Source: a bacterium
Lineage (GTDB): Bacteria > Electryoneota > JAOADG01
Assembly: GCA_963681965.1 (NCBI GenBank)
Contig: OY820579.1
Location: 1,760,001 to 1,824,000 of the forward strand
DNA: 64,000 bases
Direction of reading: 5' to 3'
The position numbers and the translations under genes were made by a program. Shown here one piece after another: positions 40,134-48,972 of the stretch (position 1 is its first letter; each line of letters starts with the position of its first letter). The notes below the pieces were generated by a model. That model was not told the origin of the DNA and ran no database searches. It saw only the letters and a program-made list of their open reading frames with translations.

Positions 40134-40593
40134 ACCGTGGATCATTACCACCTCAGTCCGGGTACGTTACGCCGACACCGATAAAATGGGTGTAATGTAT
40201 TATGGGCGCTATATGGAATTGTTCGAAGTCGGTCGTACCGAATGGATTCGCGCCTGTTGGCGACCTTATGTCGAAATCGAACGTGAAGGTGTTTTACTGC
40301 CGGTAGTGCATGCTGCAGCGACCTACCGGCAGAGTTTTCACTATGATGATCTAATCCAGATCCGGACTTTCCCAGTCGGAATACAGAAAGCTAGAATTAG
40401 ATTTGGATATGAACTATTTGGTGATAACGATCAGCAACCGCGAATTATCGGTCTAACTGAACACGCTTTTGTCGATGAATCCGGTAAGACCGTCAGAATA
40501 CCGAGTAAATTGGCGCAGCTACTATCCGGGCGCGTTCCCGAGCAGTTAACGAAATTCGATTTACGCGACCATCTGTTGTCTTCGAACGGGTGA
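40126..40593 (+). CDS. YbgC/4HBT-family acyl-CoA thioesterase
   Basis: VRYADTDKMGVMYY, FEVGRTE, YDD. Confidence 0.92.
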   Translation: MTEPWIITTSVRVRYADTDKMGVMYYGRYMELFEVGRTEWIRACWRPYVEIEREGVLLPVVHAAATYRQSFHYDDLIQIRTFPVGIQKARIRFGYELFGDNDQQPRIIGLTEHAFVDESGKTVRIPSKLAQLLSGRVPEQLTKFDLRDHLLSSNG

Positions 40594-40692
40594 AACAAAC
40601 TAATTTCTGGAACATCTTAGCCCTAGCGACGTTGAATGTGAAGATAACAGTGTTTCGAATCACTTTTTCTGTGAATTGACTATCCAACGCTC

Positions 40693-40721
40693 TTGACAAT
40701 GCGTAACACCAAATGTAGATT
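40693..40721 (+). promoter_or_regulatory. Sigma-70-type promoter for the porU-porV operon
   Basis: TTGACA-17 nt-TAGATT in the intergenic region. Confidence 0.75.
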
Positions 40722-40757
40722 GTATCATATTATTGGAGAATGCCCTTAGCACCTTGC

Positions 40758-40838
40758 GACCGAACTAGGTTTGGCTAAATATAACCTGATCGACAACTCT
40801 GTCGATCACAGTTGTGCCGAACCTTGGGTTCGGTTTTT
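40758..40838 (+). promoter_or_regulatory. Structured 5' leader with terminator-like hairpin and alternative pairing
   Basis: TGATCGACA/TGTCGATCA stem; GCCGAACC-TTG-GGTTCGGT-TTTT; upstream AGGTTTGGC can pair with GCCGAACCT. Confidence 0.65.
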
Positions 40839-40858
40839 CGTTTGTTTGGAGAGATGGA

Positions 40859-43800
40859 ATGCGGTGGTTTTCGGTATTAATCTTCATTTTAATAACCAGT
40901 TCGTTTGCAAGTTCAAGGTTGCCTTCGAATACGCTTCCACTTGCCGGAGTGGCGCTCCGAGTCTCGACTTATGAACAACTCGATTTCACCGTTTCCAGTG
41001 ATATTGTGAATCGGGAATCGAAACCGGGATCTTGGAAAGTGAAAGCGATTGATGGAACCTACCGGGTCGATCGAAATGGTCTGAAACATCCAGCGAAATT
41101 AGTATGGATTGCCGTTCCTCCCGGAAAACGGGTTCAGTTGACCTCGATAAAACCACAATCGACTTCATATCTGTCGGGTACGCTCGAACCTGCAATCTCC
41201 GATACGGCTAGGTCTGACTTGTTACGCGCTATGACTGGATCGAATTGGATTGAAATTGGAGAGCTGAATACTTTGCTGGGACATACTGTTGTGCCAGTAT
41301 ATATCATGTTTGCCGTTCAAAATGGCAATAGTATTGCGTACTCCAGCAACATCGCTGTTTCACTGCGGTTTGTTGACATTACTTCGACACAATCCGTCGA
41401 TCGAACACAATTGGCGCCGCTTCCCGATTATATTTTGAATCATTCGACGGCGAACAGATGGCGAACCTCGCGATCTTCAATCATGTCGCTAACTCAAACA
41501 TCAACTGTTGCCCCGATAGGACCACTGTACCGAATTTCAACCAATTCCGAGGGAATTACTGAAATCACAGGAGCGGAATTACAGCGAGCCGGAATCAATC
41601 TATCCCAAATCGATCCTCTTTCAATTAGATTATTGAGTAATTCGGCAAAGCCATTGGATGAAGCGTTGACAGCGGCGTTAAAAGAACCGTGGAATGAAAT
41701 TGCAATTCTTGTGGAAGACGGAAACGACGGTAGATTCGATCCAACCGATCGCATCTTGTTTTACGGTGAATCCACATACGGTTGGTCCCGGAACTCTAAT
41801 TCAACTTTCAGCCATTGGTTATCTCCATATACGCGCAAAGCGACTTATTTTCTCGATTTGAATCAAGGTGGATTACCCGGTCGCAGAATGTCATCACTCC
41901 CATCTGCCAACGATGAATTACTGGTGACCACAGCTATTGGTCGCTACCTTCGCGAAGACGATTTAAGCTGCTTTGCCAATGCATCATTCACTACCTCCGG
42001 AACACGATGGGTGGGTCCGTTATTGACGAATACCTCGGATATCATTCTGACTTTGCCACTTGCCGGCGCAGTTGCTTCACCTACCGGTATCGTAAAATTT
42101 TCTTCTCGGTGGGTATCAACCGATAATCTTTATCCATCCAATGGAAGATTTCTTTTGAACGGAACGCAATTCGACGCATCATCGTTTTCCTATTACGATA
42201 TTGTGATCAATAATCAGGCGAGCGCTTCGTTATTGCATGAGGGAGCGAATCAATTTACTGCGCGGAAAACGGGGAGCCACGATTTTTACTTCGACTGGTT
42301 GGAAGTTGAATATCCCCGCGATTTGACCATGCGGAATGGAAAGTTATTTGCCGATGTAACTATCGGATCGAAATATCGGGTGAACATCACCACCACGACG
42401 CTTCCCTATGTATTCGAGGTTTCGAATCGCGATAGTGTTCGATGGATTCACAATAAGAGCTTTGCCGATTCTGGATCTTCATTACAGTATCGCCGCTACG
42501 TGGCATTCGACGAAGATGCCTTTTTACATGTAGTATCGATCGACCCCGCACGTTTTGGTGGTGAAGATTACTCCTATCTTCGGGACACAACATTATCGGC
42601 AGATTATTTATTGATCTACGATGACGATTATCACGATCCCGCCAAGAAATTGCGCGATTACCGGATCTCACATAATTCGGTTGATGCGAAGATGATCCGA
42701 ATTCAGGATATTTACGATTGTTTCTCCGGGGGGAATGTCGATCCTGTCGCGATTAGGAATTTTCTTCGGTATACCGTCACCTCTTGGTCGCGTTCTCATT
42801 CGATTCCCAAATATGTCATGTTATTCGGCGATGGCGACTACGATTATCGTGGAATTCTTCAACCGAATACTAATCGACCGATTCCGGCATACGAAATCAG
42901 TACTTATGCCACGGACGATTATTTTACCAGATTGACTGGTTCGACTGCATTACCCGAAATGATATCTGCACGCTTACCGCTCCAAACGCCCCGACAGATG
43001 GATGCTTGGGTAGATAAATTGATGACCTACGAAACACAGCCGGTACCCGGAACATGGCGGAATAAAATCGTTTTATGTGCCGATGATGAGTATGGACAAG
43101 GCGGAACCTATGATGCATTTGAGCAAACCCATACCGAAAAAACCGAAGATATTTCCCGACGACTGATTCCAAATACATACGAGCAAGTGAAAATATACCT
43201 ACTTGAATATCCTGCAATCGTCGATCCAGTTCAATTAGCAAATGTCAAACCGGAAGCAAATGCCGCATTATTGACCGAACTCGAGCGCGGTGCTTTGATG
43301 GTGAATTGGATCGGGCATGGCAATCCGCGAGTTTGGGCGCACGAGCAATTGTTGCGTGAAAGTCGCGATTTAAACCGGATTAATACCGGGATGAAACTGC
43401 CACTTTGGCTGGGTTTCACTTGCGATTGGGCTTACTGGGACGATGCCGCGGTTCAAAGTATGCCGGAAAAATTGTTAGGCTTATCGAACAATGGAGCGCT
43501 GGCGGTCGTTGCAGCAACTCGACCAACTGGTGCCGATCCCAATGAAATTTTAGCCGATTACTTTTTCCGGGCAATACTGGACACATTGCAGCATCCCCAC
43601 CGGTCGATTGCCGAAGCGCTGACATTGGCAAAAGTCCAATCGGGAACCGATGCCCCGTATTCTCGCGCCAATTCCAGTTTATATACCTCGCTATGCGATC
43701 CGTTGACACGATTGGCATTGCCGGAATACGATATCGGAATCGATTCGATAACTCCATCGCCGATTACCCCATTGGCTCGCTCAATGACCCATGGTAAAGT

Positions 43801-44761
43801 AGTAATACAAGATGGATCCAGTCTTAGCGATGGTCAACTTACCGTCACATTGCGCAGTTCGCCATTGAAGCGAGTACATCATTGGGATGATGATCCATCG
43901 AATTCAGCCATAACTTATTTCAAACCGGGAAGATTGCTGTTCCGAGGTACGACGACATTGACGGATACTAGTTTCCGAACCCCATTATTGTTGCCGCTTG
44001 ATGTTACCTATAATGACAGCGCAACTGCTTATGCTTATGCGAACGGTAGTTGGGGTGCGGCATCGGGAATTCTGATCAATCAACGCACCGATTCGGTTTG
44101 CGCGAATTTACGCGATACGATTCCGCCTGCGATAAAGCTTTTTATTAACAATCGAGAATTTCGTAGCGATGATATTGTGAATGACAACCCGATTTTACTA
44201 GCCGATATCGTCGACTCCAGTGGTGTAAATTTGACCGGTGAAATCGGACATCGTATTATTGCAACGATTGACGGCAAGGATCTGGATTTTACCGAACAAT
44301 TCGCCTACATGAACAATCAAGTCACCAAGGGAACGGTAGAATCGCCACTAGGCTTCCTCGATCCGGGCAAACATCACTTGCGACTGGTTGCCTTTGATGG
44401 TGCTAATAATCCCGGAGTCGCCGTGATTGATTTCGAAGTTGCCTCGACCTCTTCGGAGTTATCGGTGCGGAATCTGTTGAACTATCCGAATCCAATCAGT
44501 GGAAACACGGCTTTTACGTTCGAATGTTCCGTTGCCGGAACGGCTTCGATCGATATTTATTCAATACACGGTACAAAAATCCGGTCAATATCTAGTTTCC
44601 CGATTCACATCGGGTACAACTATCCTTCGGAGGCGACATGGGATGCACGCGATAAAGATGGCGTGGATGTTGCCAACGGGGTTTATCTATGGCGACTAAA
44701 AGCGAAAGCCGACGATGGACGATCGGTGGATGCTACCGGTCGCGCAGCGGTTTTACGATAA
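40859..44761 (+). CDS. porU: PorU-like C25-family cysteine peptidase (T9SS sortase) with FlgD-Ig/CTD-like C-terminus
   Basis: Signal peptide; DGRFDPTDRILFYG, DPVAIRNFL, LFGDGDYD, catalytic-type WIGHG and FTC; NLTGEIGH; NYPNP...WDARD..G..VANGVY. Confidence 0.88.
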   Translation: MRWFSVLIFILITSSFASSRLPSNTLPLAGVALRVSTYEQLDFTVSSDIVNRESKPGSWKVKAIDGTYRVDRNGLKHPAKLVWIAVPPGKRVQLTSIKPQSTSYLSGTLEPAISDTARSDLLRAMTGSNWIEIGELNTLLGHTVVPVYIMFAVQNGNSIAYSSNIAVSLRFVDITSTQSVDRTQLAPLPDYILNHSTANRWRTSRSSIMSLTQTSTVAPIGPLYRISTNSEGITEITGAELQRAGINLSQIDPLSIRLLSNSAKPLDEALTAALKEPWNEIAILVEDGNDGRFDPTDRILFYGESTYGWSRNSNSTFSHWLSPYTRKATYFLDLNQGGLPGRRMSSLPSANDELLVTTAIGRYLREDDLSCFANASFTTSGTRWVGPLLTNTSDIILTLPLAGAVASPTGIVKFSSRWVSTDNLYPSNGRFLLNGTQFDASSFSYYDIVINNQASASLLHEGANQFTARKTGSHDFYFDWLEVEYPRDLTMRNGKLFADVTIGSKYRVNITTTTLPYVFEVSNRDSVRWIHNKSFADSGSSLQYRRYVAFDEDAFLHVVSIDPARFGGEDYSYLRDTTLSADYLLIYDDDYHDPAKKLRDYRISHNSVDAKMIRIQDIYDCFSGGNVDPVAIRNFLRYTVTSWSRSHSIPKYVMLFGDGDYDYRGILQPNTNRPIPAYEISTYATDDYFTRLTGSTALPEMISARLPLQTPRQMDAWVDKLMTYETQPVPGTWRNKIVLCADDEYGQGGTYDAFEQTHTEKTEDISRRLIPNTYEQVKIYLLEYPAIVDPVQLANVKPEANAALLTELERGALMVNWIGHGNPRVWAHEQLLRESRDLNRINTGMKLPLWLGFTCDWAYWDDAAVQSMPEKLLGLSNNGALAVVAATRPTGADPNEILADYFFRAILDTLQHPHRSIAEALTLAKVQSGTDAPYSRANSSLYTSLCDPLTRLALPEYDIGIDSITPSPITPLARSMTHGKVVIQDGSSLSDGQLTVTLRSSPLKRVHHWDDDPSNSAITYFKPGRLLFRGTTTLTDTSFRTPLLLPLDVTYNDSATAYAYANGSWGAASGILINQRTDSVCANLRDTIPPAIKLFINNREFRSDDIVNDNPILLADIVDSSGVNLTGEIGHRIIATIDGKDLDFTEQFAYMNNQVTKGTVESPLGFLDPGKHHLRLVAFDGANNPGVAVIDFEVASTSSELSVRNLLNYPNPISGNTAFTFECSVAGTASIDIYSIHGTKIRSISSFPIHIGYNYPSEATWDARDKDGVDVANGVYLWRLKAKADDGRSVDATGRAAVLR

Positions 44762-44783
44762 TGGAATCAATACGGAGGATTGC

Positions 44784-45830
44784 ATGAAACGACTACTGAT
44801 TTCAGTGCTAATGGGAATGATTGCACTGTTGATCTGCGCCCAGGCTTATGCCGGAGTTTCGGAAGCTGCGGCATTATTCCTGAAAATTTCCCCGGGTGCC
44901 CGGTACGGTGGCATGGGTGAAGCCGGTGTTGCACTGACCGACGATGCCAGTGCGACGTGGTGGAATCCCGCCGGACTCGGATTTCAGAACCAGCGACAGA
45001 TTACTATGATGCACGCAAATTGGTTGCCGCAGTTCCATCTTCCCGACCTATACTACGACTTTATTTCGTACGTGCACACTGTTCCTGAAGTAGGAACATT
45101 CGGTGGTCAGATTATCTTCCTCAATTTGGGAACTTCGACCAGAACCGATGAAGTCGGTAACGAACAGGGAACATTCTCGACCTACGAAGGGGCATTGGGA
45201 GCTTCCTACGGTACGCAACTTAATCAGCAGACTGCGCTCGGTATCAGTTTTAGAGTGATTTACTCGCATCTATCCGATCGTGGCGCTGGTGCTGAAAAAG
45301 GTTCCGGGAGCGCAACCGGAGTTGGAGTCGATGTCGGCGTAATCCATAAGGCGAAGTTTCTCAAGGGTCTTCAGTACGGTGCGAACTTGTCGAATATGGG
45401 TCCGAAAATTTCCTATATCGATGCCGCTCAAGCCGATCCCATTCCGACCAATTTGAAATTAGGCGTTGCATATCACTTACTCGATACCGAATTCAACAAA
45501 GTAACATTTGTAGCCGATGTCGATAAGGAACTGGTTCGCAAATACAGTGATGGTACATCCGATCCATTTTATGTAGCATTGGTTACTAGTTGGACTGATG
45601 AGCCATTGATTCAGGAAATGATTTATCACGTTGGCGCTGAATATTGGTATACGAATTTGGTCGGATTGCGGATGGGCTACTGGAACGACCAACAAGGTAA
45701 AGTCAAACCATTGACGTTCGGTGCTTCGCTGCAATATTCGGTCTATCGTTTCGATTTTAGCTATGTTTCCGCCGGTGAAGGACATCCTTTGACCGATACA
45801 ATGCGCTTCTCGCTATCGATTGGTCTCTAA
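44784..45830 (+). CDS. porV: PorV/PorQ-family (FadL-like) outer-membrane beta-barrel
   Basis: FLKISPGARYGGMGEAG, WWNPAGL, NMGPKISY, DPIPTNLKLG, HPLTDTMRFSL; directly follows porU. Confidence 0.88.
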   Translation: MKRLLISVLMGMIALLICAQAYAGVSEAAALFLKISPGARYGGMGEAGVALTDDASATWWNPAGLGFQNQRQITMMHANWLPQFHLPDLYYDFISYVHTVPEVGTFGGQIIFLNLGTSTRTDEVGNEQGTFSTYEGALGASYGTQLNQQTALGISFRVIYSHLSDRGAGAEKGSGSATGVGVDVGVIHKAKFLKGLQYGANLSNMGPKISYIDAAQADPIPTNLKLGVAYHLLDTEFNKVTFVADVDKELVRKYSDGTSDPFYVALVTSWTDEPLIQEMIYHVGAEYWYTNLVGLRMGYWNDQQGKVKPLTFGASLQYSVYRFDFSYVSAGEGHPLTDTMRFSLSIGL

Positions 45831-45882
45831 TCGATGAACGATCCTAACAACGCTGTCGGCACATCTACAAGGACGGATTGCA

Positions 45883-48800
45883 GTGACTAATCGATTGTAC
45901 TTAATAGCGGGTTTGATTGCGGTACTGGTTTCGGTTTCGGTGGCAGTATCTACTCCACTAAAACCGTTATTTCGAGGAGTGAAGTCCGGTTCCGATTTCA
46001 AATCGCGGTCGATTGTCAGCTTGCGTCCGACGATGCGGATTCTCGCAATTCGTGTCGATTTTCCACGCGATACCATTTCGACTACGACCGGTGATGGTGG
46101 TTTCGATTTTGGAAATCGCGAAGGACGCAAAATCGATCCGCCTCCACATGACAGCAGTTATTTTCAAGATCAGTTCAAATTTGTCGATCACTATTTTCGA
46201 CAAGTTTCGGGAAACCGATTGTCGATGGAGGCTACGGTTTTTCCCTCCGGCAATCGTATTGCTTACCGAATGTCTGAGCCGATTTGGCATTATCATCCCG
46301 ATCCTGCCGACAACGACTTGACCAATCAACGGATTACCGAATTGTGGCGGGAAGCATGGAACGCCGCGGGTCAAGATCCCAATGTTCACTTTTATACTGT
46401 GAGTGGGACTGATACCATTCCTAATTACGACCTCTATGTTGTTTTGCATGCCGGTTCTGGAAATGAATACGATTTAGGGTATGACGATACTCCGTTCGAC
46501 ATCCCTTCGGGATTCATGACCAAAGCTGATTATTCAAAATATTTATCCATAACCAATCCCCGTGGATTACCCATAACGACTTCTGACGGTGGCACCTTCT
46601 ACATCCCGGAAGGTGCCTTACTGCCGGAGATGTCGTCGCAGAAAACCGGTTCCGAATGGATCGATATCGGAGTCGGAGGTCTTTATACATTTTTACTCGG
46701 TCGATCGATCGGTATGCCGTTCCTGTACGATGTCGACAAGGGAACCTCGCGAGTTGGACGGTGGAGCCTGATGGATCGTGGATTCGGAACGTTTTTCGGT
46801 ATTCTTCCCGGATATCCCGACGCCTATACTCGAATGCGGATGGGCTGGGTACAACCAGTTCCAGCACCCGATACCGGCATCGTGGAACTTCGAATTCCGC
46901 AGGATACACTCCATCCCACGCTGCCTGAAGTCATGCGGTTCGAAGGTGCCGGCGACGAATATTATCTGATGGAAGCCCGGAATCGCGATCCTGATTCGGT
47001 GAAATGTGCTTATGTCTATGATGTTGCCGGACATCGTGCCAAACTGACCGATCAATATGAAATCGAACTTGATACCTCACTCGCTAATTCATTTGGCGTG
47101 ATCGTTCGTGCCGATAATTACGAATTCGATACACCCGGTAGTGGAGTGCTCGTTTGGCGCGTGAATGCTGCTGAAGAGCGACGTCGTACCGCGTTGAATA
47201 TCCCTTTCCAAACCGGTTCTATACCGTATGTTTTGAAATTAATCGAAGCCGATGGTTCCGAGGATTTCGGTCAGAATTACGATATGTTTTCACCCGGGAG
47301 TGGTACTGAAACCGGATCTCCCTACGATGCATTTTTCCGGAATAATACCGAATGGTCGCATGCCAATGGCGACGATGGCGCAGTTCGCTTTTCACGCGAA
47401 GTAAATCCCCCGGCAATCACTTCGAATGGTGCGCCACTACAGTTTACACTTGGGCAATTCTCTTCAGTTGGTTGGACGATGTCCTTCCGGGTTTATCGAA
47501 ATTCGAATCAACTGGAAGGCGAGAAACGGTTCCGGATTTCGCCGTCGAAGTCACCCGTCGTAGCAATTCCCTTTGATGTGAACAACGACCGCTTCGATGA
47601 AGTTTGGATTGCCGACAGTAATGCCATTTACGGACTTACTACCGATGGAAATTGGATCGGCACCGACACAATCCGATTCGTAACGCACGATCAGACCACA
47701 GGTGCGATGCTGGATTCGATTGCTTCGCCGGCACTATTCCACTTCGACGGTCCTCCGATTCGGAAAATGGTCTTTCATAACGCTTCCGGATCGTTGCGAA
47801 TATTAGCCTATCGATGTTATGCCGATGGTAGCGGAAAACGATTGACAGATTATGCTTGCACACTGCCAATTTCCGGAGCAGTGTCGTTATCGCAACATTC
47901 GATCGATCTACCGGGAGCAGTGACTACACTTGCTTGCGACGAAACCAGTAATCAGTGGATTGTTGGATTGAGTGATTATGCAATTGTACGCGATTCGATC
48001 CGGACCAATCCACAATTAGTAATGACGTTTATCAATCGATCTTATCATCTCGATATTCTGAATCCGAGTGGCACAGATCTCGAATTTCCACTCCCATCGG
48101 ATCTATCGGGAAATCCGGAAATCTTTGGTTTAAACTCTACTGTTCCGCTGGCAGGTGTTGGAAATCGATTATACCGGTATTCCGGAACGGAATGGTCCCT
48201 TGATCCTTCGTTTTCGATGGTCGCCGATTCGATTAAAGCGATTGGCTGGACAAGTGAAAACGCTGTTGTTATTACTCGCAACCAGTGGCTATTAACCAAT
48301 GGTAAATCGCTTCGAACCGGATTTCCGCGCAGATTGCCATCCTCTTCAGCGCCAATATCTTTGGTGGCTGCCAAGACAACACAAACCGATCCGGTAATCT
48401 GGTACGGCACCGAAACCGGTGAATTATGGAAATTGTATCGTGATCGAGTGGATCGCAATTATCCGATTGCGATCGGTATTCAACCCGTGGACGGTTTGGT
48501 TTTGTTGACTGCTCATCATATACCTACTGCTCCGGATTCGGTGCGATTGGCAGCGGTGTCTCGCGATGGTGTGGTTTTTTTGACGACTTTACCCTTATCG
48601 GATGTTGAAGCGGCTACTTGGGCAGCCCCTGCCGGTACCGGCTCCGGATTACCGAATTCTACTCCCGAACGGGATTGGTCGGTGATGTACGATAACGGTC
48701 TCTCGTATGCATTCGTATGGCCCAATCCGATCAAGGGGAATCAGGGATTTGTCCGGGTAGGGTCAAATCAAGCCGGAATGTCCCAAGCCAAAGCCGAAGT

Positions 48801-48972
48801 ATTCGACGTTATCGGAGAGCGAATCGCGACACTACATAATCCCTATCCAGTAGAAGGGGGCGGGTACGAATGGCGCTGGGATGTTTCTTCAGTCTCGCGT
48901 GGTTTGTATATCGTTCGCGTTCAAGTTCCCGGTGCTCCGGTTAAAATGATCAAAGCAGCGGTGGTAAAATGA
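45883..48972 (+). CDS. Secreted M6 (immune inhibitor A)-like protein lacking Zn ligands, with CTD-like C-terminus
   Basis: ILAIRVDF, YFRQVS, LHAG, WSLMDRG, RMRMGW, EYYLMEAR, GSGVLVW, LIEADG; HExxH position reads FLLGR; C-terminal WPNP...GLYIVRV...KAAVVK. Confidence 0.8.
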   Translation: MTNRLYLIAGLIAVLVSVSVAVSTPLKPLFRGVKSGSDFKSRSIVSLRPTMRILAIRVDFPRDTISTTTGDGGFDFGNREGRKIDPPPHDSSYFQDQFKFVDHYFRQVSGNRLSMEATVFPSGNRIAYRMSEPIWHYHPDPADNDLTNQRITELWREAWNAAGQDPNVHFYTVSGTDTIPNYDLYVVLHAGSGNEYDLGYDDTPFDIPSGFMTKADYSKYLSITNPRGLPITTSDGGTFYIPEGALLPEMSSQKTGSEWIDIGVGGLYTFLLGRSIGMPFLYDVDKGTSRVGRWSLMDRGFGTFFGILPGYPDAYTRMRMGWVQPVPAPDTGIVELRIPQDTLHPTLPEVMRFEGAGDEYYLMEARNRDPDSVKCAYVYDVAGHRAKLTDQYEIELDTSLANSFGVIVRADNYEFDTPGSGVLVWRVNAAEERRRTALNIPFQTGSIPYVLKLIEADGSEDFGQNYDMFSPGSGTETGSPYDAFFRNNTEWSHANGDDGAVRFSREVNPPAITSNGAPLQFTLGQFSSVGWTMSFRVYRNSNQLEGEKRFRISPSKSPVVAIPFDVNNDRFDEVWIADSNAIYGLTTDGNWIGTDTIRFVTHDQTTGAMLDSIASPALFHFDGPPIRKMVFHNASGSLRILAYRCYADGSGKRLTDYACTLPISGAVSLSQHSIDLPGAVTTLACDETSNQWIVGLSDYAIVRDSIRTNPQLVMTFINRSYHLDILNPSGTDLEFPLPSDLSGNPEIFGLNSTVPLAGVGNRLYRYSGTEWSLDPSFSMVADSIKAIGWTSENAVVITRNQWLLTNGKSLRTGFPRRLPSSSAPISLVAAKTTQTDPVIWYGTETGELWKLYRDRVDRNYPIAIGIQPVDGLVLLTAHHIPTAPDSVRLAAVSRDGVVFLTTLPLSDVEAATWAAPAGTGSGLPNSTPERDWSVMYDNGLSYAFVWPNPIKGNQGFVRVGSNQAGMSQAKAEVFDVIGERIATLHNPYPVEGGGYEWRWDVSSVSRGLYIVRVQVPGAPVKMIKAAVVK

